From NCBI GenBank assembly GCA_037917675.1, contig JAVCBW010000026.1, forward strand, positions 1 through 10,039: a DNA stretch of 10,039 bases, in the 5' to 3' direction. The notes beneath the pieces were generated by a model. That model was not told where the DNA came from. It saw nothing but the letters and a program-made list of their open reading frames with translations, and did not search any database. Origin of the DNA: Thermoproteota archaeon. Lineage in GTDB: Archaea; Korarchaeota; Korarchaeia; B14-G2. Of the stretch, positions 1-7,659 are shown piece by piece (the stretch's first letter is position 1; every line of letters begins with the position of its first letter). A program made the position numbers and the translations under genes.

Positions 1-81
1 CCTATAGTTGCTCAGAAAATCCTTCACACCGTAATTGTGCTTAACTTTGTAGCTAAGGATCACTAATGAGCTTCTTTGCAT
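1..81 (-). CDS. tnpB: 5' end of IS607-associated TnpB (OrfB), runs off the window edge
   Basis: Not in the ORF track. ATG at 81 with GGTGA 6 nt upstream; reads MQRSSLVILSYKVKHNYGVKDFLSNYR, open to base 1. It overlaps the restored tnpA stop (53-55), the usual tnpA-tnpB coupling, and the N-terminus resembles archaeal IS607 OrfB as I recall it. Confidence 0.65.
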   Translation of the reverse strand, partial: MQRSSLVILSYKVKHNYGVKDFLSNYR

Positions 82-380
82 CTTCAATCACCTTCTTATA
101 CTTGTGACTCTCATCCCATACAGCTTTCCAGCGAAATGGGAGATTATTGTGGTTAAATCCTCCACTAACTCCTCCTGTGGAGATTTTTCTTCTTCATTAG
201 TTACTATGATTTCCGTTCCATAGCTCTTGAAGAACTCCTCTAAAATTTTGAATCCAAACCTAGCCAGCCTGTCTGGATAAGCTATAACGACCTTTGAAAC
301 CTCTTTATACATAACCATCTTCAACAGTTTTTGAGGCCCCTTCCATCTTCCTTCAACCCAGCTCCTATGCCTTCTTTCAA
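53..380 (-). pseudogene. tnpA: IS607-family serine recombinase/transposase TnpA remnant (5'-truncated, two frameshifts)
   Basis: Motif run [27 protein letters not shown]...[24 protein letters not shown]. Correcting a 1-nt loss near 108 gives the tail [18 protein letters not shown] (stop 53-55). Correcting a 1-nt loss near 333 adds [12 protein letters not shown] (the DIGSGL motif). The HTH and the YARVS catalytic Ser are absent. Confidence 0.88.
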
Positions 381-411
381 CGTATATAGCCGTTCTATGT
401 TTATTCACCAA

Positions 412-456
412 TACTAGGAAGATATTAGCATCCAGTAGGTAGTCAGCTTTCAGCAG
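412..456 (-). pseudogene. vapC: N-terminal fragment of VapC/PIN-domain toxin, truncated at the IS607 remnant
   Basis: [15 protein letters not shown] matches the PIN beta-1 motif (hhDxNhh), overlaps the restored antitoxin stop, and is followed by IS607 sequence. Confidence 0.65.
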
Positions 457-735
457 CTGCCTTGGCTGCCCTGATTCCTCTAGCCTCATGCTGGAGTTCA
501 ACTCCACTCTTCTCTATGCCAGCAAGCATCCCTTGATTGCACTGACAGGGTCTTCAGGCACATCAGCCTCTTTAAGCACTGACTCATAGCGTAACGCCCA
601 TAGGAGAAATGCTTCCTCAGCTGCTTTGCTGATTGAACCTTTACCATAGCCATAGACAGCCATTGCCAGTTGCCTAAACCTCTTCTCGACGTCATCACTC
701 ACATAGACCTTGATCCCAGCTATCACCATCCCCAT
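443..735 (-). pseudogene. vapB: RHH/CopG-like VapB-type antitoxin, frameshifted near 530-532 (ORF as sequenced 514..735)
   Basis: N-terminus IKVYVSDDVEKRFRQLAMAVYGYGKGSISKAAEEA fits beta-helix-helix. Adding one G to the GGG run restores [30 protein letters not shown], an SxVELQHE-type antitoxin tail ending at TGA 443-445 and overlapping the PIN fragment. Confidence 0.7.
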
Positions 736-750
736 CTAGAGGAATAAAGG

Positions 751-763
751 TATAAAAGCCTTT
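751..763 (-). promoter_or_regulatory. BRE-TATA promoter of vapBC
   Basis: Minus strand AAAGG-CTTTTATA, about 22 nt upstream of ATG 729, consistent with a leaderless start. Confidence 0.6.
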
Positions 764-963
764 AGATATGAGAGATCATTCTGCTACATAGGTAAGATAC
801 TACCTCGTGAAAGCTAAGCCATCTTATGGTATGCATCTCTATTATAAACCCGCTGCTGACAGCATATGCTACTATCTCTACTGCAGTCTAGCTCAGCTAT
901 CTGGGCACTATGTTGAGGAAGCCATGTGGCTTGCTGTAAGAGCTTAGTAGCTGGCTGCTGCTA

Positions 964-2508
964 CTATCTGAGAGCCTTAGCTAGCAGCTCCTCGAGATAG
1001 ACAACATCTATGTCTAGCTTTGCATCTTTTACAGCATCTCTGAGCTGGATTAGGCAGAATGGGCATTCTGTGACTATGGCTTCTGCTCTAGTGTCTTTGG
1101 CATCCTTTACTCTCTCTACTCTGATCCTCCATGTGAGCTCTGGTAAGCCAGCTCGGACTCCACCACCTGCACCACAGCAGAAGTCTGGCCTCCTCATCTC
1201 TACCAGCTGAAGTCCAGGTATCATTTTTAGCAGCCTTCTAGGCTCCCTGTATATCCCCTGTCCTCTCCTCAGGTGACATGGATCATGCCATGTGACCTTC
1301 ATGCGCATTTCCTTGAACTTTCCATCATCTATCTTCAGCACATTGATCAGGTATTCTGAGAGATGATGCACTTTGAAGGGCATCTCCTGGCATAGGTGCT
1401 CTTTGACTAGCTGAGGCCAGTTCCTCTTGAGTGTTAGACTGCAGCCAGCACAGGCAGTTACAACCTTGTCTGCAGCATCCTTGAACACTGATATGTTTTT
1501 CTCGACAAGCTTCTTTAGGGGGGCTAGCTGCCCAGTTCTCACGAGAACAGAGCCACAGCACACCTGTCCCTTAGGAACCACGACTTCAACATTATATGCC
1601 TGTAAAAGCTTGACTACTGCCTGAGCTACGTTCTGGAGCCTGTAGTCTGCTAGGCAGCCTGTGAAGAAGGCTACTCTGTCTCTGGGGTTCTCTACTGTGA
1701 ACACCTCCTTCTCTATGCTCTCTAGGAATGGCTTGGTGGTCTTCTCTATGGACTTGCCTGTAGACTCTATTAGGTGTGTGAACTTGAGGTGTCTTTGTAG
1801 AGGCCCTAGGCCTCTGCTGACTGCCTTAGCTCTCATCTTCTCGATGACTAGGTCAGGTATCTCAAGCTCTGCTGGGCAGGCCTCCCAGCATGCTCTACAG
1901 GTTGTGCAGTTGTATAAGCCTGATGATATAGCTTCAGCTAGCTTATCTATTCTGTTAGCTGGGTTATAGACTGACTGAGCTAAGGCTACTAGGAGAGCTG
2001 GGCCTGCCTGCATTCCTGGAGCCACACTTACAACGGGGCAAGCTGCTATGCAAGACCAGCACTCAATACACTGTGTAACAACCATGTAGTCTCCTAGCGT
2101 GTTCTTGGGTATCTTCATGGGCTCACTTGGCCTTGAGAGAGCTGAGAAGTATGGGAGTGCTGTTGCATATAGCTTCTGTCTTAGTGGCCTATGGTCTACT
2201 ACTAGGTCTCTTATCACCGGTAGACCTGGTAGAGGCTCTAAAGTTACCTCCTCTCCATCTAGTTTGGTCTTACAGGCTGCACCTGGCTTACCGTTTATCA
2301 TTATGGAGCATGCCCCGCATCTCCATGACTTACACCCATATCTGAATGCTAGCGTAGGGTCAATGTTCTCCTGAATGTAGATTAGGGCATCTAGAACCTT
2401 CATGCCAGGCTCTAAGGGGACCTCATAGATTTCATAGTGGGGCTTCTCATCTACTTCTGGAGAGTACCTGTAGACTCTCACCTTAACCTTAGGCCTGCTC
2501 CTAGGCAT
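964..2508 (-). CDS. tfrB: Thiol:fumarate reductase subunit B-like (SdhB 2Fe-2S + 2x[4Fe-4S] fused to two CCG/HdrD-like domains)
   Basis: CKSWRCGAC...AC (2Fe-2S); CIECWSCIAACP and CTTCRACWEACP; two complete 5-Cys CCG motifs (FTGC..VCCGS..ACAGC and DPCH..FCCGAGGG..ECPFC). ATG 2508 has GAGGTG 6 nt upstream; the longest ORF starts at GTG 2517. Confidence 0.88.
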   Translation of the reverse strand: MPRSRPKVKVRVYRYSPEVDEKPHYEIYEVPLEPGMKVLDALIYIQENIDPTLAFRYGCKSWRCGACSIMINGKPGAACKTKLDGEEVTLEPLPGLPVIRDLVVDHRPLRQKLYATALPYFSALSRPSEPMKIPKNTLGDYMVVTQCIECWSCIAACPVVSVAPGMQAGPALLVALAQSVYNPANRIDKLAEAISSGLYNCTTCRACWEACPAELEIPDLVIEKMRAKAVSRGLGPLQRHLKFTHLIESTGKSIEKTTKPFLESIEKEVFTVENPRDRVAFFTGCLADYRLQNVAQAVVKLLQAYNVEVVVPKGQVCCGSVLVRTGQLAPLKKLVEKNISVFKDAADKVVTACAGCSLTLKRNWPQLVKEHLCQEMPFKVHHLSEYLINVLKIDDGKFKEMRMKVTWHDPCHLRRGQGIYREPRRLLKMIPGLQLVEMRRPDFCCGAGGGVRAGLPELTWRIRVERVKDAKDTRAEAIVTECPFCLIQLRDAVKDAKLDIDVVYLEELLAKALR

Positions 2509-2518
2509 GCTAGACACC

Positions 2519-4207
2519 TCATGGCTTTAAGTCTACTATCTCTACTGGGATCCTTGATACCATAGGCCCTCTGAGCCCCTGTTTGACTAGCGTATGGTAT
2601 AGCCAGTTTTCATCGTCTCTGCTTGGATAGTCTGCTCTATAGTGTGCTCCTCTGCTCTCTCTCCTATAGAGGGCTGACCTAACCACCATTAGAGCTGTAT
2701 CCAGCATGTTGAAGAGCTCAATAGCTTGAAGGAGATCTAATCTATAGGACTTCACGCCATCAGGAACCTTAACACTATCAGCCTCCCTCATCAACCTCAG
2801 TATTGCAGCCTCAGCCTTCTTAAGGCTCTCCTCGCTCCTCTCAACTCCAGCATACTCCCACATGACTTCCTGGAGCTTCCTCCTAATGGGTGCTGGAGAT
2901 GAGCCTTCTCCGAAGAGTCTGAGTATCCTCTGCCTTTCTGCAGCTACTGAGCTCCAGTTGAATTCTGGAGGCCCTCTAGACTTGGCGTAGGCTGCTGCAG
3001 ACTTCCCAGCTCTATAGCCAAACACGAAGATCTCTACTATGGCATTTGCTCCAAGCCTGTTAGCTCCATGTACTCCTCCAGTGACCTCACCACATGCAAA
3101 CAGCCCTGGAAGCGTAGTCTCAGCCCTAGCATTTATCCTGACTCCACCCATGAAAAAGTGGCAGGTTGGGAGCACCTCTATTCTCTGCTTCCACATGTCT
3201 AAGCCTGTCATCTCCCTTATCTTGAGGTAGGTCTCCCTAAGCTTATACCTCTTCTCCTCTGGTATATAGCTGCAGTCTAGCCATGCCCCTCCATGTGGCG
3301 TCCCACGTCCCTCCTTGACTTCTCTCCAGATTCCTCTAGCCACTACATCTCTGCAAGCTAGCTCACCAGCTGGATCATACCTAAACATGAATCGCTCATT
3401 GAGCTTGTTAAAGAGCCTAGCTCCTAGGCTTCTACAGAGCTCTGTCACGAGCGTCCCCCTTTTCCCCTCTGGGTAAGCTAGCCCTGTTGGGTGGAACTGG
3501 ATCATCTCCATGTCTATCAGCTCAGCTCCAGCCCTATATGCCATGGCATAGCCGTCTCCAGTGTTATGTATAGGGTTCGATGTACACTTGTATATCTGTC
3601 CTGCACCTCCACAAGCTAAGACGACGGCACTAGCCCTAAAAGCTATGAAGTTCATGTTCTTGAGATCTAGGCCCAAAGCCCCAACTATCCTACCATCGCT
3701 TTTAACTAGGTTTGTCACAGCAACCTCCTCCAGGACGTTAGCTCCTCTCCTGACAGCTTCTAGGCTGAGAACTCTCATAACTGCTGACCCAGTCCAATCT
3801 CCTAGCATAGTTGTCCTAGGATATCTGCTGCCTCCTGTCTTCTCAAGTGCAAGCTTTCCCCCCTCAGTTCTGTCGTAGAGGAAGCCGAAGGACTCTATGT
3901 CAACTAGCCGGTCTATTATCTCCTCAGTTAAGACCTTGACGAGCTCTTGGTTGTTGAGGTAGTCTCCACCGACTATGGTGTCTACGAAGTGCTCTCTAGG
4001 AGAGTCATGTGGGTCAGCGTGACCTATCCCTATGTTGACTGCTCCAGTCGACATTATGGTGGAGCCGCTCTTTGAGAAGAGGCCCTTAGAAACCACAGTG
4101 ACGTCTGGAACCTCTTCTAAAGCTGATATAGAAGCCCAGCAGCCTGCCCCCCCACTTCCTATCACAAGCACATCTGTGTCTATGACCTCATCTACTTCAC
4201 GCCTCAT
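2519..4207 (-). CDS. tfrA: Fumarate reductase/succinate dehydrogenase flavoprotein, TfrA-like
   Basis: GSGGAG FAD motif, QFHPTG, ELACRDVVAR, HFFMGG, HGANRLG, RRESRGAHYRADYP. No covalent-FAD His (SGSTIMSTGA). ATG 4207 follows GGAGGTG; the longest ORF starts at GTG 4219. Confidence 0.88.
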   Translation of the reverse strand: MRREVDEVIDTDVLVIGSGGAGCWASISALEEVPDVTVVSKGLFSKSGSTIMSTGAVNIGIGHADPHDSPREHFVDTIVGGDYLNNQELVKVLTEEIIDRLVDIESFGFLYDRTEGGKLALEKTGGSRYPRTTMLGDWTGSAVMRVLSLEAVRRGANVLEEVAVTNLVKSDGRIVGALGLDLKNMNFIAFRASAVVLACGGAGQIYKCTSNPIHNTGDGYAMAYRAGAELIDMEMIQFHPTGLAYPEGKRGTLVTELCRSLGARLFNKLNERFMFRYDPAGELACRDVVARGIWREVKEGRGTPHGGAWLDCSYIPEEKRYKLRETYLKIREMTGLDMWKQRIEVLPTCHFFMGGVRINARAETTLPGLFACGEVTGGVHGANRLGANAIVEIFVFGYRAGKSAAAYAKSRGPPEFNWSSVAAERQRILRLFGEGSSPAPIRRKLQEVMWEYAGVERSEESLKKAEAAILRLMREADSVKVPDGVKSYRLDLLQAIELFNMLDTALMVVRSALYRRESRGAHYRADYPSRDDENWLYHTLVKQGLRGPMVSRIPVEIVDLKP

Positions 4208-4865
4208 AGATTCTAGCACCTCCAGCTATTATCTTAGGCCACCAGACATAGCTCCTATCCTTCTGGATACCGTATTTAGAGAAGACTTTCTCGATGTTAT
4301 CTCTGACAGACTCCATCAAGTCTACGTAGCTGCTTGAGCCATGGGAGTCTATTCCTACTGTAAGCGGCCCTAGTTCCTCTACTTTAAAGACCCAGACTGC
4401 CTCTGGGATCCCGAGGTCGAGCCAGTAGACGCCCTTCACCTCAGCTATCTTAGATGCATAGAGGGCAGCACAGCCTCCTGTAGCTACCAGGTAGGCTCCA
4501 CCATGCTTCCTGAAAGCCTCGATAGCAGGCTCTCCCATAGTGCCCTTCCCTATGATAAGCCGGAGCCCAGCTCTCTTAACTAGCTCTGCTCCAAGCTCAG
4601 TGAACCTAGAGCTTGAGGTTGGCCCTGCTGCTAGAGCCTCCCATCTATCATCTACCCTCCGGACTATGGGGCCACAGTGCCATATTCCCCTGTCCCTCAG
4701 CTCGAATGGCAGCTTCTCCCCTCTCCTGAGGGCCTCTATTGCACGCCTGTGAGCCATATCTCTCATAGTGTACAGCACACCACTCACATACACTATGTCT
4801 CCCACTCTGAGCTCTCTGACTTGAGGCTCACTTACTGGAAGCTCGAGATACACCTCTCTACTCAC
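4197..4865 (-). CDS. Class I Fe-S hydro-lyase beta subunit (fumarate hydratase C-terminal / TtdB family)
   Basis: GDIVYVSGVLYTMRDMAH, HCGP, AGPTSSSRF, IIGKG, GGCAAL, LGIPEAVW; GTGA start/stop overlap with the alpha gene. Confidence 0.92.
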   Translation of the reverse strand: MSREVYLELPVSEPQVRELRVGDIVYVSGVLYTMRDMAHRRAIEALRRGEKLPFELRDRGIWHCGPIVRRVDDRWEALAAGPTSSSRFTELGAELVKRAGLRLIIGKGTMGEPAIEAFRKHGGAYLVATGGCAALYASKIAEVKGVYWLDLGIPEAVWVFKVEELGPLTVGIDSHGSSSYVDLMESVRDNIEKVFSKYGIQKDRSYVWWPKIIAGGARIYEA

Positions 4866-5758
4866 TCAACCACCTCATGTGTGAGGTAAGCTACGCTTCC
4901 ATCTGGGTATATTCTTGCTGTCGAGTATCTTGCAGCCCAGCACTGGAATGTGATCCCAAGTGGGACGACAGCTGTGTGGGTGCCACAGACCTCAGCATGC
5001 ACAGCTAGAGCAGTAGTCCTCCCACCGACAGCCATCGGGCCTATCCCAGTGCTGTTTACTGCGTCGAGAACCTTCTTTTCAAGCTCAGCCACCTCCCTCA
5101 CTGGGCTAGGTGAACCAACTGGACACCTGAACAGTGCTCTCTTAGCCAGGTGTAGTGCTATGTCAGCTGTCCCACCGATCCCTAAGCCTATTATTGTAGG
5201 TGGACATGGCTCTCCTCCAGCTACCACAACATGGTCTACAACACACCTTATTATAGCCTCTGGGATCTGCTCACTTGTCACTATGAAGAGCAAGGTAGAC
5301 TTAGCTTCTGAGCCAAAGCCCTTTGGGACAGCTGTAATCTCCACGTACTCCGACTCAGGGTCGATATCGAAGTATACGTATGGCATACCCCAGCCAACAT
5401 TTGTTCCAGAATTCTCCTTAGTGAGGGGGTTTATCACATTAGGCCTAAGAGGGACTTCTCTGGTTGCCTTCTCAACAGCCTTAGCAGCAAGCTGGCGTAT
5501 ATCCAGCCTGTGCTTGAAGCCAAGCCCCCACTTCACGAAGAAGAGAGGAACTCCTGTGTCCTGGCATATACATAGCTTACGCTCTCTAGCTACCCTGACA
5601 TTCTCCAAGATAGCCTCGAGCTGTGCTCTCGCAGAAGGAGAGCTCTCTACATCCTTGGCCTTCCTTATGGCATCCACTACATCTCGAGGAAGCTCTATGG
5701 CAGCCAGCTTAAGCAGGTTATATGCAGTCTCATAGAATACTTCCTCTAAGCTACTCAT
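4862..5758 (-). CDS. Class I Fe-S hydro-lyase alpha subunit (fumarate hydratase N-terminal / TtdA family)
   Basis: ICQDTG, PLRPN, PKGFGSE, PCPP..GLGIGG, GIGPMAVGG, QCWAAR (three Fe-S Cys). ATG 5758 overlaps the upstream stop; the longest ORF starts at GTG 5767. Confidence 0.92.
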   Translation of the reverse strand: MSSLEEVFYETAYNLLKLAAIELPRDVVDAIRKAKDVESSPSARAQLEAILENVRVARERKLCICQDTGVPLFFVKWGLGFKHRLDIRQLAAKAVEKATREVPLRPNVINPLTKENSGTNVGWGMPYVYFDIDPESEYVEITAVPKGFGSEAKSTLLFIVTSEQIPEAIIRCVVDHVVVAGGEPCPPTIIGLGIGGTADIALHLAKRALFRCPVGSPSPVREVAELEKKVLDAVNSTGIGPMAVGGRTTALAVHAEVCGTHTAVVPLGITFQCWAARYSTARIYPDGSVAYLTHEVVE

Positions 5759-6454
5759 GGAAGCCACCCTTCATCAGCTCAGATATGCTTATAGACTCTC
5801 TAGAGGCTTTTTCCCTCTCAGATATCTGCCTAGCTAGCTCTAGGAGTTCCTTAGCTTGCTCGAAGACAGGCCTATCTATCATTCTCCCATCTAGCGATAT
5901 CGCTCCAAGACCTCTTTTTAAGGCGCTCTCAAATGCCTCAACCATCTTCTTTGCCTCCTCCAACTCCTCCCTGGTAGGGGAGAATACCCTATTTATGGGC
6001 TCTATCTGCTTTGGATGTATAGCATTCTTGCCCTTAAACCCGAGGGCCCTAGCGACCTCAGCCTCTCTCACAAGCCCCTCTAGGTCAAGGATGTCAGTGT
6101 AAACTGTGTCTATGGAGAGCACTCCTGCAGCTCTAGCTGATATAGCTACCATATATCGTGGCATGTAGAGCTCTAGCCCCTCCTTGCTCCTTCTGCTGCT
6201 CCCATGTCTCTCATGTAGTCAACGGCTCCAAATGAGAGAGCTATGACCCACCTGCTAGCTGAAGCTATAGAGTAAGCATTAATCACACCTCTTGCAGTCT
6301 CAACTATCGGAATTATCCCTATGCTGCCATCTCCAATACCCTGCTCCTCCTCAAGTCTTGTAAGCAGCTTCTCCACCTCAAGGACATCTTCTGTAGAGCT
6401 CTCCTTAGGCATAGTTATGCTGTCAAGCTCTCTCTTTAAGCTTTCCTGTAGCAT
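5751..6454 (-). pseudogene. citE: CitE / malyl-CoA-lyase family (HpcH/HpaI aldolase fold), frameshifted near 6190 and lacking the N-terminus
   Basis: ORF 6173..6454 carries MPK, IVETARG and FGAVDY; ORF 5751..6164 carries IDTV, GFKGKNAIHPKQI and LDGRMIDRP. One added base joins them (..MGAAxRSKEGLELYMPRY..). No intact RSxLFxP/DLED/VRxN segment upstream. Confidence 0.85.
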
Positions 6455-6597
6455 TAGATCTCTAGGATAGCCTCTGTACTAACTTAATGAATAGTGAACT
6501 TGGTGTTAGTTAGTGCTTCATGAGCAATGCCAGACCTAGCTTTCTGCTGTCAGAAGAGACAGTTAGCATGCCGCTTGCCGCAATGTCTCACCAATTC

Positions 6598-6613
6598 CTC
6601 TGTTATAACAGAG
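6598..6613. promoter_or_regulatory. Perfect 16-bp palindrome CTCTGTTATAACAGAG, candidate operator
   Basis: Exact dyad with central TTATAA, located upstream of the citE-hydratase-tfr operon. Confidence 0.45.
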
Positions 6614-6663
6614 TAAAGATGAGGAGACTAGTTACTAGGCTTAATGCCCCTAGTAATATGAGC

Positions 6664-6676
6664 TAGCATACTGCTA
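6664..6676. repeat. 13-bp dyad repeat TAGCATACTGCTA, copy 1
   Basis: Identical copy at 7416-7428; structure TAGCA-N3-TGCTA. Confidence 0.55.
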
Positions 6677-6689
6677 CTTAACTCTCTAT

Positions 6690-7250
6690 CTACTGTGTTT
6701 TACGGTCGAAGTATATGTTTTTCCCTGTAGCGGATAGAGGTATTCCGAATACTATGTCTGCGTTTAGTAAGCCTAGTTTTCTAGCTGCGGTTCCAGCGGT
6801 TCGCATAATGCGGTTGTCTACGTTCATTTCTGAGGCTGTTTTTACAGCTGATCCTATTGCTATGCCTAGGTCTACGACAGCGTACATGCAGTTTGGGCCC
6901 TTGAAGTCCTTTCCTTCGACTTTTTTCGCCATTGAGAACTCCTCACATGAGCTGTATCCACATGCTCCACAGTTTATCCCTCTGGGCTCTGAGCCTTTAA
7001 CTCCTATTAGAACCATGGCTAGAGAGCGCCTCACGCAATCTGCATCACGCTTGAATACTGTTAGACCAGTAGCTTGAGCGAGCTTATCCATTTCAGAGGC
7101 GATCTTCTCTAGCTCCTCTCCATAGACCACTAGGGTTTCGATGGCATCTACGCCCTTGGCCTTTGGAGCTGTTCTAGCTGAGATCGCCATGAGCTCAGCT
7201 ACCTTCAAGACACCCTCACGTTCCAGATCTGCAGAGCTTATAGAAGGCAA
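6690..7250 (-). CDS. DUF2148-family ferredoxin-like / nitroreductase-like Fe-S protein
   Basis: ARTAPKAKGVD, NCGACGYSSC..GPNC, DLGIAIGSA, VDNRIM, KNIYFDR; TTG start preceded by GGGGTGG. Confidence 0.85.
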   Translation of the reverse strand: MPSISSADLEREGVLKVAELMAISARTAPKAKGVDAIETLVVYGEELEKIASEMDKLAQATGLTVFKRDADCVRRSLAMVLIGVKGSEPRGINCGACGYSSCEEFSMAKKVEGKDFKGPNCMYAVVDLGIAIGSAVKTASEMNVDNRIMRTAGTAARKLGLLNADIVFGIPLSATGKNIYFDRKTQ

Positions 7251-7285
7251 GCAACCACCCCGGGTCTAAGAGGCTCATACTCTCA

Positions 7286-7300
7286 TATTAATTCCTTTCG
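7286..7300 (-). promoter_or_regulatory. BRE-TATA promoter of the DUF2148 gene
   Basis: Minus strand CGAAAGG-AATTAATA, about 35 nt upstream of the start. Confidence 0.55.
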
Positions 7301-7415
7301 ACATTTAAATCAAGAGAAACCTTGCTATCTATCTGAGAGCTATGGGTAGTTGCCCTTATCATGAATAGTTATCGACAGCAAGTTTGAAGCGAGCTGCTGA
7401 GAGCCTATCAGACAG

Positions 7416-7428
7416 TAGCATACTGCTA
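7416..7428. repeat. 13-bp dyad repeat TAGCATACTGCTA, copy 2
   Basis: Identical to 6664-6676; lies in the divergent intergenic region. Confidence 0.55.
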
Positions 7429-7606
7429 TCTTTAAATTGAAGCCACTAAATTACTCGGGAAAGATAAGCGAGCGTCATTAGTTATTTTTCGGGATCTTAT
7501 AAAATTACATGTGGACGATCTCATCGTAGAGACTAGAGTCAGATATGCAGGCTCGTATTGCTTTAATAGATGCTGAAGGATCGGAAGGATTCTTAGCCTT
7601 GGGGTT

Positions 7607-7622
7607 CGAAAGTTTTTAAATA
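7607..7622 (+). promoter_or_regulatory. BRE-TATA promoter of the SDR gene
   Basis: CGAAAG-TTTTTAAATA, 37 nt upstream of ATG 7660. Confidence 0.65.
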
Positions 7623-7659
7623 CGTAGAGAAAGCATGGGAGAATGCTAGGGTGTGGGTG

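Larger units (their letters stand above)
1..411 (-). mobile_element. Degenerate IS607-family element (tnpA remnant + tnpB start); left boundary approximate
   Basis: tnpA/tnpB arrangement directly abutting a truncated PIN gene; the exact end cannot be resolved. Confidence 0.75.

Noticed and set aside
498-698. 66-aa ORF
   Set aside because: Alternative frame inside the antitoxin gene.
964-4207. Membrane-bound respiratory Sdh/Frd or L-aspartate oxidase NadB
   Set aside because: No membrane anchors, CCG domains fused to the B subunit, and no nadA/nadC context; TfrAB architecture fits better.
1010-6102. Numerous plus-strand ORFs (e.g. 4950..5735, 5722..6102, 1661..1969) and nested 1325..1561
   Set aside because: Antisense or out-of-frame shadows of well-supported genes; Ser/Leu-rich with no motifs.
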